From IMG/VR virus record IMGVR_UViG_3300045988_101452: a stretch of DNA of 41,581 nucleotides. One strand, 5' to 3'. The notes beneath the pieces are model-generated. The model was not told the origin of the DNA. It searched no databases and worked only from the letters and a program-made list of their open reading frames with translations. This DNA comes from a virus. Of the stretch, positions 9,215-18,166 are shown one piece after another. The translations under genes were made by a program, and so were the position numbers. The number at the start of each line of letters is the position of its first letter. Positions within the stretch are counted from its first letter, which is position 1.

Positions 9215-11189
9215 CGAATCCCCAATCATCATCTATTTCATCATCAAGGTCTAACAAGCCAGATTCTTGGCTAGTAACCCATTCTTTTACTTGTTCTGGT
9301 GTCATGTGCTCAACTTGCCAACTCTTATCATTTGCCATACCATAATCCTCAAAGTGATACATCCCTTGAAATAAAGCATCAATAATCGCATCAACAACAT
9401 CAATTTTTAAAGTTGCTTTTCGTTTATCTACCTGTATTCCTATTGAATCTTCACGTAAAACCGCATTTAAAAGCGATTTTTCCATGATTTTATCATCTAG
9501 CCTACTAATAGATCCCTCTACAAATAGTTTTTGTAAAAATTTTGTAGGGTCTTTCAACTCACTCGTTCTTTGACGGATAGGTTGTAAATTATAGCCCGTA
9601 TTATTCATGAGCATTTGAATTACTTTTGTGATACCCATTGCATCATAACCAAAAAAGATAACATCCAATGCGTTATCTTCAATATAATTAACAATCCATT
9701 CATAAACCTCATCATCATTGATTAGGCCTTGTTGGTGGCTTGTAACTGTACAAAAACCATATTTTTCTAGTTCTCTATAATTAATACCATCTTGTTTTTC
9801 TTTAGCATCAATTGAACCTGCTCTTTGGAATGGAACAAACGAATGCTGTTCAACATGCCACTTAGGCTTTCCTTCATCATCTAAATAAGGAAAAACGAAA
9901 GCAATCGCTGTATTATCTGACATCATTGAATAGTCAATGCCTATATAACAGCGTTGCCCATGAATGCTAAATTCAGGAATAATCGCTTTTTCAACATCAG
10001 CAAGATTTAAGTAACTATCTACATCTTGTTGAAGCCACATATTAAGGTTTTTAGTTTGGAAATCGTGTAGCGTTCCTTGTAATAAGTCACTGTTTCGCTT
10101 GTCAATCAATCCTTTTAGTAAAATATCTTTTTTATCTTCCAATTCAAGAAGGGGGTTTGATTTTACCCAAGTTTCTGGCTCGAATGTTTCTGATAAATCA
10201 TCTTGCGCCCATACCAAACATAAAGAAGTATCTGCTTCTCTATCCCAATCTTTCTCCATAGCTTCTTGAAGTGTCTTTTGGTCTTTTCTAAAAGGAACGC
10301 TAGGGTCTGGATAGGAAGTTGAAATTTGTACAAACTGATGATTTTTAACCAAAACTTGCCCAGAAACAATTTTAGAAATTTTTTCTCTATTAGTTACCTC
10401 TCCGATTTCATCAAAAATAGCAGTTGTAAAGTGAAAACTATCATATTGACCAGCTTCATGAGAAATAGCACGAATTTTATTATTCATTTTCTTCATGACA
10501 ACTTCATCATTCAGAATAGAACGATCAGTCAACCCTGTTTCAGAAGCAATTGTTTTAAATGGTTCAATTTTTATAACTGTCTTAAGCATCGTCTTAACAT
10601 ATCCAAACAATTTGCTTGTCTGTTTAAAGTTTATCGAGGAAACTAAAAAGTCCTGATTTGATAAACCAAGACTTTCAAATAAAAATGAATAAACCATCAA
10701 AATTGCTAGAATATAAGTTTTACCTTGCCCACGAGATACTGATATTATAGCGACAGTAAACCTTTTTCCACCTTCGCTATTCCTCCAGCCTATCAGCATA
10801 CACATAATGAATTTTTGCCAAGACATTAGCTCAGTTGGTTCGCCTGTATCAACATTCGGGACAACTGAAGCAACTTTTAGTAAATTTTTTATTTCCTTTT
10901 TAGAGTATCTGTAAGGAAAATCTTCACGCCCAATTCTTTGAAGGTCTCTTAAATGTCTAAATGCTGCTAATTTTGTTAGATATCCAGATTTTGTTATACC
11001 GTCTAATACTGCGAATGCATATCTTGTGCCAGGGTCTCTATATTTAGCACGTATTCCTGAAAAATCAATACTATGATAAGCTCCTAAGACGTTGTGGTCC
11101 TGCGTTAAATCAACTTTAAATTCAATGATAAGATTATTCATTATTTTTGTAGGAGCTAACTCAGTAATCATCGTCATCACCTCCATCAA
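9201..11189 (-). CDS. terL: terminase large subunit
   Basis: 662 aa, Walker A-like VSRGQGKT, C-terminal nuclease-like region, synteny. Confidence 0.85.
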   Translation of the reverse strand: MMEVMTMITELAPTKIMNNLIIEFKVDLTQDHNVLGAYHSIDFSGIRAKYRDPGTRYAFAVLDGITKSGYLTKLAAFRHLRDLQRIGREDFPYRYSKKEIKNLLKVASVVPNVDTGEPTELMSWQKFIMCMLIGWRNSEGGKRFTVAIISVSRGQGKTYILAILMVYSFLFESLGLSNQDFLVSSINFKQTSKLFGYVKTMLKTVIKIEPFKTIASETGLTDRSILNDEVVMKKMNNKIRAISHEAGQYDSFHFTTAIFDEIGEVTNREKISKIVSGQVLVKNHQFVQISTSYPDPSVPFRKDQKTLQEAMEKDWDREADTSLCLVWAQDDLSETFEPETWVKSNPLLELEDKKDILLKGLIDKRNSDLLQGTLHDFQTKNLNMWLQQDVDSYLNLADVEKAIIPEFSIHGQRCYIGIDYSMMSDNTAIAFVFPYLDDEGKPKWHVEQHSFVPFQRAGSIDAKEKQDGINYRELEKYGFCTVTSHQQGLINDDEVYEWIVNYIEDNALDVIFFGYDAMGITKVIQMLMNNTGYNLQPIRQRTSELKDPTKFLQKLFVEGSISRLDDKIMEKSLLNAVLREDSIGIQVDKRKATLKIDVVDAIIDALFQGMYHFEDYGMANDKSWQVEHMTPEQVKEWVTSQESGLLDLDDEIDDDWGFDEDF

Positions 11190-11637
11190 AGAATGCCTTC
11201 ATCTTATCTTTAGTGCTTTTTTCATTTGTATCTTGCATGTTAAGATCTATCAATTCAGAACGTGATTTTGGAGATAACCCTAACTCAGAACCAATTTTTG
11301 TAAGATTTTTTATTGCATCTGAGTAAATTTGAGTCATTGGATTACGTTTGAAACCTTGAAATTGTCGGTCAATAATTTCACCAGTCATATCTTGAACTGG
11401 TTTATAAATTTCTTGAACCTCACCATGTTTTTTTAGATGTTCATATGAATTTCTATAAATTTCATACTGAGTACAGTACATTTCAACTAAAAACGAATCA
11501 ATCTTATCAACTGGCTTTTGTTCCTCAAGAAAGGGAACAGTTTTACGCCAACAAGCACTTGCGAGAGGAGAAAGGTGCTTAGGTGCACGATAGGACAACT
11601 TCCCATCATTACTGTCTTTGAACTTCTTAGCTGTCAT
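11161..11637 (-). CDS. terS: terminase small subunit (P27 family-like)
   Basis: 158 aa, LSPLASACWRK... motif, acidic C-terminus, upstream of TerL. Confidence 0.7.
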   Translation of the reverse strand: MTAKKFKDSNDGKLSYRAPKHLSPLASACWRKTVPFLEEQKPVDKIDSFLVEMYCTQYEIYRNSYEHLKKHGEVQEIYKPVQDMTGEIIDRQFQGFKRNPMTQIYSDAIKNLTKIGSELGLSPKSRSELIDLNMQDTNEKSTKDKMKAFFDGGDDDDY

Positions 11638-11764
11638 TTTTTCTCCTTTCTTTTAGTGTTTTGACCCCCCCTATATAAAAATTTTCAAAATTGGGTTTTC
11701 ACGCATGATGATACCTATGTGTGTGGTTTCCCTATGAAAAGATACGGGGGAGGGTTATTAAAAA

Positions 11765-12319
11765 TTATCGAATATTTTTTTGAAAATCTGGTAAGTCTTT
11801 TACATTTCTGATAGGGATAGCATTCTTTAACTTATTGCCCATTCCAGTTCCATAATAAAGTTGTTCCCATTTTGTCTTAGCTGTGTGGCATTTGCTACAA
11901 GCTATTGCAATGTTAGCTAAGTTAGTCCTATTCTCAGGCTCTACCTCATAAGGGACAATGTGGTCTCCGATGTTACCAGTTCTTACTCGCTTATGATTCA
12001 AACAATACTGACATAAATAGTTGTCACGTCTGAGTGCAATCTTTCTTATTGAGCGCCATTGTTTGCCTTGATAGAACTTATGTTGCTCTGCTTTAAATGG
12101 GTTTTTACTTCTCATTCGATCATAATCTTTGTATCGTTTACTATTATCAGTACGATTAGCCCATCGTTCTCTGCTTGCTTGATATGCTGCTTCTTTATCA
12201 GCGTGCTTAGTACAATAGTGCAGTGGTCTAATAACTACAGCGTGGCAGTTAGGCTCACGACAGCGTCCAGTCATTGGCAAGATAGCATCTCCTCTCATCA
12301 ACAATAAAAGGCTGCCCAT
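11765..12319 (-). CDS. HNH endonuclease (terminase-associated, cos-phage type); real start possibly internal Met
   Basis: CQYC...DHIVP...N...C..CH HNH motif; adjacent to terS. Confidence 0.75.
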   Translation of the reverse strand: MGSLLLLMRGDAILPMTGRCREPNCHAVVIRPLHYCTKHADKEAAYQASRERWANRTDNSKRYKDYDRMRSKNPFKAEQHKFYQGKQWRSIRKIALRRDNYLCQYCLNHKRVRTGNIGDHIVPYEVEPENRTNLANIAIACSKCHTAKTKWEQLYYGTGMGNKLKNAIPIRNVKDLPDFQKNIR

Positions 12320-12343
12320 TGGACAACCTGTAATAAAATATAA

Positions 12344-12415
12344 TTCAGGATAACGGGATTGAACCGTTCTATTCTAGCTTATGAAACTAGCGTGACGCCT
12401 TGCCACCCATCCTGT
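12344..12415 (-). tRNA. tRNA-like element with CAU anticodon loop (Met-like); non-canonical (A1-A72 mismatch, G8G9)
   Basis: hand-folded cloverleaf: acceptor ACAGGAT/ATCCTGA, D GTGG/TCAC, anticodon stem CTAGT/GCTAG with loop TTCATAA, T-arm AACGG-TTCAATC-CCGTT. Confidence 0.35.
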
Positions 12416-12793
12416 TTGAAGCGAAGTTTTACATACTATCAAATGGAAGTCCTCGCAAACCATTTAATACTGAACTCCTAGCTTTGAAGCCCACAATAGC
12501 AAGATAGAGGCTCGAACTCTATAACTTCTAATAGCGAAGTCGTTTCTATTCCTTGCTTACCCACTAAGCTGCTGAAAAACATTGGAAACCCATTTAACTT
12601 GCAATCCTTACGCAAGCACTTAGCTATAAACGTTTAATAGCAAGTCAGGGAGTCGAACCCTAACAAGCTTAGAAGTATATCCAACCGAACGAATTACATT
12701 TTGTTTGCTTTCGCTGATAACTTCATGCTACCATTATCGCATGTAAATCAGGAAATAAATGGGTTAAAAACGGGTCAAAAACGGAACGCAAAA

Positions 12794-13195
12794 TCAGTCC
12801 AAAGTATTTCTCCATAATCCATCCCTCAATGTTTTCTTAAATGATACGTATTGTTTTCTTGCAGCGTCTTCATCTAAGCAAACTCTTATTCCCACTTTAT
12901 ACCAAGATAACCGATGTTTAAATCTAGCGATAATAACATCCTTTACAATTGTTCCATGAATAACTTCCATTAATTCGTCAAGCGTTTGTTTCTGGTCATT
13001 AAGTCTACCAAGTTCTTTGTCAGCTTCTTTAATCAAATAGTTGCGCTCTTGTGGTGCAGTGTTTGAACTACTCCCACCACTTCCGATTCTTTCCTCATGT
13101 TTCTCACGAGTGATCCATCGTTCTCTTGAATTAATTTTAACTTGAAGCATTCCAGTCATGTAGTCACTTAATAACAAATCTAATCTATCCGCCAT
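12794..13195 (-). CDS. ArpU-family late transcription activator (candidate)
   Basis: 133 aa, position immediately upstream of packaging module, GGAGGAA RBS. Confidence 0.45.
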   Translation of the reverse strand: MADRLDLLLSDYMTGMLQVKINSRERWITREKHEERIGSGGSSSNTAPQERNYLIKEADKELGRLNDQKQTLDELMEVIHGTIVKDVIIARFKHRLSWYKVGIRVCLDEDAARKQYVSFKKTLRDGLWRNTLD

Positions 13196-13215
13196 TTAAA
13201 AGATTCCTCCGTCTG

Positions 13216-13271
13216 TGGTATAATAGTATTAGATACAATCATGCCGAAGCCCATTGCCGTGGGCTTTTTTT
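13216..13271 (+). ncRNA. putative small plus-strand transcription unit: TGgTATAAT promoter then GCCCA-UUGCCG-UGGGC hairpin and U7
   Basis: extended -10 at 13216-13224; terminator 13249-13271; antisense to ArpU leader. Confidence 0.3.
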
Positions 13272-13275
13272 GATG

Positions 13276-13479
13276 TTATTTTTTATTTTTCAATTTATTA
13301 GCAGCATTATTTAAAAATTCAACTATCTTTTCTGTACCCCATTCATGCAATTCTATTTTTTCAACGCAATCTTCCAAAATGCTTGATATTGTTTTAGCTG
13401 CTATTTCTTTCGTTTGTTTCAGATAAATCAAAAACATCGCTATCGCTCCAATTAATAAGCCTAAAATAAATGTAATCAT
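13276..13479 (-). CDS. hypothetical protein, N-terminal TM helix
   Basis: ORF tiling early operon. Confidence 0.45.
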   Translation of the reverse strand: MITFILGLLIGAIAMFLIYLKQTKEIAAKTISSILEDCVEKIELHEWGTEKIVEFLNNAANKLKNKK

Positions 13480-13776
13480 TTATTCAACCTCGATTCCAAG
13501 TTCTTTAGCCAACTCATGGATAAGAGCTGTATTATCTTCAATGTTTTGTTCCAGCAAAGGGATGAGTGTTGCAACACTAACGTTAAAAGAACATGGTGTA
13601 AATCCACTTAAATTTAATCCGACTTTATCAGTCAAAAGAGCATCACTCTTTTTATAATGTTCTAAAGCATTTTTCTGATTTTTAACATAATAGATTAAGC
13701 TTTCAAGTCTTTCAATTTTAATTTTGGTTTCAACAATTTGCTCTGAAAAATCAACAGTAATTTCTTGTGGTATCAT
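13480..13776 (-). CDS. hypothetical protein
   Basis: ORF tiling early operon. Confidence 0.45.
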   Translation of the reverse strand: MIPQEITVDFSEQIVETKIKIERLESLIYYVKNQKNALEHYKKSDALLTDKVGLNLSGFTPCSFNVSVATLIPLLEQNIEDNTALIHELAKELGIEVE

Positions 13777-13817
13777 TTCTCCTCCAGTTGAGTTTAGCGA
13801 GTTCCTAGCTCAGTATG

Positions 13818-13905
13818 TGATATAATGTAACTGACCAAAAATATTTAAAAATATTATAATAAGTTGTAAATCCTTTCGCTCGAGCCTGGTCAGTTCGGGC
13901 TTTTT
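13818..13905 (+). ncRNA. putative small plus-strand transcription unit (TGtgaTATAAT promoter, hairpin + U-run terminator)
   Basis: promoter motif gtgatataatgtaa.tgac shared with cassette promoter at 26029; terminator 13883-13905. Confidence 0.3.
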
Positions 13906-13913
13906 TATTTTAC

Positions 13914-14228
13914 TTACCTCAAATTCTTAAATCTGTCAGCAACTCTTTTTTGCCGTTCATCAAATTCTTTGTCGAGCTGCTCCATTTTTGATTTATGCTC
14001 AGCAAGTTCTTCATCAATTTTTTGAAGTTCTTTATCCATTTGATTGTTCAATATTACCCAAGCTATTGAGAAAATGATGGTACCCATAATTACAACAATT
14101 AGTGCTCTAAGGGCAAGGTAATTAATTCCCATAAGTATTGTCACAATAAGTGTTGGCAGAGATATAATAAGCGATACAATGCTCATAGCCATAATGATAA
14201 ATAAAACTAATTTTGATGCATCTTTCAT
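13914..14228 (-). CDS. membrane protein (2 TM + C-terminal coiled coil); start at MKDAS with GAGGAGG RBS
   Basis: internal ATG 14228 with strong RBS; hydrophobic helices. Confidence 0.45.
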   Translation of the reverse strand: MKDASKLVLFIIMAMSIVSLIISLPTLIVTILMGINYLALRALIVVIMGTIIFSIAWVILNNQMDKELQKIDEELAEHKSKMEQLDKEFDERQKRVADRFKNLR

Positions 14229-14473
14229 TCCACAACCTCCTCGATATATGCAACTTTGAAAGCACCGTTGATACCAGTGTACCAACCTGCATTGCTTTCA
14301 ATTTCTTGTATTACTTCATCAAAACTATCGGCTTCAACAAACTGGTATTTTGAACAAAATCCTCTATCTTTGTCCATAAGCAAGTTACTTACTAATCTAA
14401 ATTTTTTCATCTCCACCTCAATCCATATGTTTATCAAGCCATTTTTCAGGGAACACATTCTCCGACTCGTCAA
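14225..14473 (-). CDS. hypothetical protein
   Basis: ORF tiling early operon. Confidence 0.4.
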   Translation of the reverse strand: MTSRRMCSLKNGLINIWIEVEMKKFRLVSNLLMDKDRGFCSKYQFVEADSFDEVIQEIESNAGWYTGINGAFKVAYIEEVVE

Positions 14474-14600
14474 GGTCAGAGCGTGTAATTCGTTTATCTC
14501 TGATATAGCAACGCCGACAAAATCGTTCCTCGTGAGTGGTAAATAAATTAACTCTCCATTTCGACCACTTATGCCCGAACAGCTTACACATTAGTTTCAT
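14418..14600 (-). CDS. small Cys/His-containing protein (possible Zn finger)
   Basis: ORF; CxxxH...CxxC pattern. Confidence 0.35.
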   Translation of the reverse strand: MKLMCKLFGHKWSKWRVNLFTTHEERFCRRCYIRDKRITRSDLDESENVFPEKWLDKHMD

Positions 14601-14799
14601 TGGTTGTCCTCATTTTCGTTAATTGTTTTAGAACTCTATAGAAAGCATCCGTTATTTTTCTGGCAGCCTCACTAACTCTAATTCCTAATTCAGCAATATT
14701 TTTAAATCCATATTTTCTGACAAAATTATTTCGCCATCTTAATAACTTAATTTGCCGTTTTTTAGTTGCTTGTCTTTGCTTCTTCCAGCTTGATTTCAT
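14584..14799 (-). CDS. small basic protein
   Basis: ORF tiling early operon. Confidence 0.4.
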   Translation of the reverse strand: MKSSWKKQRQATKKRQIKLLRWRNNFVRKYGFKNIAELGIRVSEAARKITDAFYRVLKQLTKMRTTNETNV

Positions 14800-14817
14800 T
14801 CAATCCCTCCCCACCAG

Positions 14818-15153
14818 TCATTGACCAGCGATATTAGTTTGTCGGTATTTCTCCATAACTCTTGGATACTTTTCTATAAATTTTAATTGTTCTTGGTGCA
14901 GACGTTCCGACCAGCGGAAAAGTCTATCCATTTCTGCTAAAGCACTCAACTTTTGGTAAGTTTCTTTAATGTAGAACTCTGCATTTCCTACTGATTTCCA
15001 ATACGCCGATGTTCTGACAGAGTTCCCATTTTCAGCAAGTTTATGTGCGTTAATATCCGCATTTTCTTTTTTTGTCATCAGGCTATCAATTTCTTTGAAT
15101 ATAATTTTCATCAACTTAATTTGGTAGTTCCGCACGATTTCCTCCGCTGTCAT
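14818..15153 (-). CDS. hypothetical protein
   Basis: ORF tiling. Confidence 0.45.
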   Translation of the reverse strand: MTAEEIVRNYQIKLMKIIFKEIDSLMTKKENADINAHKLAENGNSVRTSAYWKSVGNAEFYIKETYQKLSALAEMDRLFRWSERLHQEQLKFIEKYPRVMEKYRQTNIAGQ

Positions 15154-15644
15154 CCCTCCACCACTTTCACTAAATCATTATCCACCATGTAGAGATAGAT
15201 TATATTACGATGTGAACATCCGAGTAAGGCATCATTAGCTGGAAACATAAATTTATAAAGCTCACTATCTTCATCAAGTCCATCAGTGATTACTTCCATA
15301 TAAGCCCCAACATCACTATAAGAACGAATGTAATCGTTACTATATGCTTCTTCAATTTCTTCTTCCAACTCATCCGCAATGCTTTTCGGAATCGTGAGCT
15401 GAGCATGAAGCTGTTTGTAGTTTTCATATAACTTTTCTCTCATGTCATGCGCCGTTTTTGGAGAGTAGATATAAATCACTTCATCTTCGACAAACTCTGT
15501 CGAGATACCATGTTCAAGCACTTCTTCAAGAGCTTTTATTTCAGATTCAAGCTTAATTTTTTCGACTTGTCGTTCTTCTTCCTGTCGTACAATATTCCGT
15601 GCAATATTTTCTATTTCACTCATCGCCGCTCCCTTCATTTCCAA
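15150..15644 (-). CDS. hypothetical acidic protein
   Basis: ORF tiling. Confidence 0.45.
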   Translation of the reverse strand: MEMKGAAMSEIENIARNIVRQEEERQVEKIKLESEIKALEEVLEHGISTEFVEDEVIYIYSPKTAHDMREKLYENYKQLHAQLTIPKSIADELEEEIEEAYSNDYIRSYSDVGAYMEVITDGLDEDSELYKFMFPANDALLGCSHRNIIYLYMVDNDLVKVVEG

Positions 15645-15898
15645 GTTTCTTTAAACTTCTCAGTTTTGATGATGTTTCCATCTAAATCTAATTTATTCCG
15701 ACATAGCTCGACATGATAACCATTTCGCCAACTTGTTGCGTAAAACCTTAAAGCGCTGTTTATATCATCGAAATCAGTTGTACTTACCAATTCTCCGTAA
15801 TCGTACACTTCAACAAAATATTCGTTTTTATTCATCATCCCCTCCAATCGCTGCGAGTGCATCAATGGCATCTTTACGGATATCATGGTTTCTCTCAA
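15635..15898 (-). CDS. hypothetical protein
   Basis: ORF tiling. Confidence 0.4.
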   Translation of the reverse strand: MRETMISVKMPLMHSQRLEGMMNKNEYFVEVYDYGELVSTTDFDDINSALRFYATSWRNGYHVELCRNKLDLDGNIIKTEKFKETWK

Positions 15899-16160
15899 CG
15901 TAATATGTTTCTAGTTCATCACGTTCAGTTCTCCACTTAATGTTTGTCAGTGCCTTTTTCGCAGTGTTAAGCTGTTCTTGGAGTTTTTCAGCTCTGAGAT
16001 ATTCCATCAAGTGAGCACCAGAAGCTTCTGACCATTGAGTACGCCAGAATTCTGCATTTAAATTATATTTAGGGGGTTTAGGTACATCTTCTGACCTTCC
16101 TGTAGGTTGGAAACCGCAAAGTTCTGTTTCTTCAGTCATTATCTTCTTCCTCCACTTCAA
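15828..16160 (-). CDS. hypothetical protein
   Basis: ORF tiling. Confidence 0.4.
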   Translation of the reverse strand: MKWRKKIMTEETELCGFQPTGRSEDVPKPPKYNLNAEFWRTQWSEASGAHLMEYLRAEKLQEQLNTAKKALTNIKWRTERDELETYYVERNHDIRKDAIDALAAIGGDDE

Positions 16161-16488
16161 GTGCTGTATTTTCAGCTAATACAACATCAATATTCTTTCC
16201 GGTCACTTTTTCAATGTACTTGGTTACATTTTCATGGTTTTTAGCAAGCTTGGAAAGTCTAGAATCAACAAAATTTCCTATCACAATATTTTCATCACCG
16301 TTTGCTAGGATACTGATAGTAATTAAAGTTTGAATGCAACTCTCTAGTTCTTCTTGGAGTTTTTCAACCGAAAGTTTGTCAGTGGTGATTGAATATAAAT
16401 TATCGCAATATGGACAATACCATTCTTCCGGTTTATTTAAATCAATCGCATATTCTTCGTTACATTTAGCGCAATTTATTACTTTCAT
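16132..16488 (-). CDS. zinc-ribbon protein (CAKCN...CPYCDN)
   Basis: two CxxC pairs. Confidence 0.45.
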   Translation of the reverse strand: MKVINCAKCNEEYAIDLNKPEEWYCPYCDNLYSITTDKLSVEKLQEELESCIQTLITISILANGDENIVIGNFVDSRLSKLAKNHENVTKYIEKVTGKNIDVVLAENTALEVEEEDND

Positions 16489-17078
16489 TCTCCGTCCTCC
16501 ACAGGCACAAGCTCGAAAGCTTCGTTATTTACAAAAGCACCGTCTGAAATTTTAGCAATTTCTTGTTCTTTAAATGTATTTTTTACATTGTTATGGTTAG
16601 TCCAATCAAGGTACTTTTTGTCAACGAAAACTTTACCCGTAGCATGATTTAGCCATAAATAGTAATTACTAATTGTTGCATTCTTTAATTTCAGTCTGAA
16701 CAACTGCGGTCTTTCGACTTCATATTTGCCGGTGATAAATGCTAGAGCGAACTCTTCTGGATGATTAAGCCGCCAAACAATTGCTTCATTCCAATACTTT
16801 GCAGGGCATTCGTCAAATTTACTATTGAATGCAAACGTTAAATTATTGCCTGCTTTTTTCACTTTAGTAATAAATTCACCAACAAACTCAGGCACGACTG
16901 GCAGGGATTGCTGTTGGAGGTATAGCTCAGCTTCCCCGTTGCTTAGTAGTAAATAATCATATAAGGCAGAAGATGTTTTAAATTTGATTTCATTTCCATC
17001 TGATGTTGGTATCATCTTTGCTGTTGCCATTAATTCTTCTTCAAACTTAGTCATTTTTAATCTCCAATTCTGTTCCAA
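16485..17078 (-). CDS. hypothetical protein 197 aa
   Basis: ORF tiling. Confidence 0.5.
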   Translation of the reverse strand: MEQNWRLKMTKFEEELMATAKMIPTSDGNEIKFKTSSALYDYLLLSNGEAELYLQQQSLPVVPEFVGEFITKVKKAGNNLTFAFNSKFDECPAKYWNEAIVWRLNHPEEFALAFITGKYEVERPQLFRLKLKNATISNYYLWLNHATGKVFVDKKYLDWTNHNNVKNTFKEQEIAKISDGAFVNNEAFELVPVEDGE

Positions 17079-17379
17079 TATATTTTGCTGTCAGAAACCA
17101 ATCAAGTTTTGGAGAATTTTCTTCTAGCAAAACATTCCAATTAGTCACACTGCAATTAAAACCGCTCCGTGACTTTCTGACCTGTGCTGGAGTTGTGACT
17201 TGCATAAATCCCAACATATCAAATCCAACTAACCATTGGATTCTTTTCCCTTTTTGATAGAAACCACGTTTCAACTCTTTTTCCCTAACAAAAGATATTA
17301 ATTCGTTCGCTGTTTCAAACTTAGTCATTTTCATTTCTCCATTTCCCTGGACAGCATTGACTGCAAAAACAGTTATCAT
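17047..17379 (-). CDS. hypothetical protein (start probably MKMTKFE at about 17331)
   Basis: ORF tiling. Confidence 0.4.
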   Translation of the reverse strand: MITVFAVNAVQGNGEMKMTKFETANELISFVREKELKRGFYQKGKRIQWLVGFDMLGFMQVTTPAQVRKSRSGFNCSVTNWNVLLEENSPKLDWFLTAKYIGTELEIKND

Positions 17380-17438
17380 GATTCCATTTATATTTCTTAG
17401 CTCTTAATGGAACTATCAGAGGGATTAACTTAATTTTA

Positions 17439-17657
17439 TTAGTCATTTTTCGTGTCCTCCAAGTAAATATTTAAATCGAACTGATTTTTAATTTCAGTTT
17501 TTTTAATTTTATGGAAAAGAAAACTTGCAGAAAATACTTCAATAGCATCTCCGAATTTAAAACGGATAATCATATTTCCATAGCAATCTTTTACATTAAC
17601 TGTCATTCCTTCTGAAATTGTTTTTAGTAAACTTTCAACTGTCATTTTCCACCTCAC
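17439..17657 (-). CDS. hypothetical protein
   Basis: ORF tiling. Confidence 0.4.
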   Translation of the reverse strand: MRWKMTVESLLKTISEGMTVNVKDCYGNMIIRFKFGDAIEVFSASFLFHKIKKTEIKNQFDLNIYLEDTKND

Positions 17658-18163
17658 TTCGTCGCATTGACAGCGTCGTCTGATAAATCTTTAGTTTGTT
17701 GTGCATCAGTCACAGCCTGAGATAGCTCGTCAGTCTTTTGTTGAGCGGCAACTAGCTTTGAGTTCAAATCGCTGACTTGTTGAGCCATGCTCGCCTTATC
17801 TTGGTTCGCTTGATTCAACTGATTGGTAACATCCGCTTTCTGCTGATTGAGTGCGTTCAGTTGATTTTGATAGCTAGCAGCTTGATTTTGCAAGTTTGAG
17901 TTGTCTTGATTGATTTGGTCTTTCAACTGGTTAATTTGATTGTTCAATTGATTCAATCGGTCTGCATATTGCTGTGAGCTATTATTAGCCTGTTTAAGCT
18001 GTTCGTTTCGGTCTAGCAAGCGTTGTTTCAAGATAGAGATATTCTGTTGCACAGCGACCATATTTTGATGTCCTGCCCACGCATTAGCTGCATAAGCTCC
18101 AAAAGTTGCTGAACCAAAGATTCCTGCTGCGACTACTGCTGTTGTAATTAATTTTTTATTCAT
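17654..18163 (-). CDS. secreted/anchored Q/N-rich coiled-coil protein with signal peptide (MNKKLITTAVVAAGIFGSATFGAYA)
   Basis: N-terminal hydrophobic signal with AYA-AN motif; long heptad-like Q/N/L repeats. Confidence 0.5.
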   Translation of the reverse strand: MNKKLITTAVVAAGIFGSATFGAYAANAWAGHQNMVAVQQNISILKQRLLDRNEQLKQANNSSQQYADRLNQLNNQINQLKDQINQDNSNLQNQAASYQNQLNALNQQKADVTNQLNQANQDKASMAQQVSDLNSKLVAAQQKTDELSQAVTDAQQTKDLSDDAVNATK

Positions 18164-18166
18164 TGT

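Noticed and set aside
10163-10646. ORFs 10163..10369(-) and 10326..10646(+) inside terL
   Set aside because: Alternate frame or antisense of the large terminase gene.
12059-12307. Plus ORF inside HNH gene
   Set aside because: Antisense; Cys/Ser-rich junk translation.
12490-12700. Second and third tRNA-like elements as complete tRNAs
   Set aside because: T-arm and acceptor-like pairing are present but I could not build D and anticodon arms of legal size. They are reported only as motifs.
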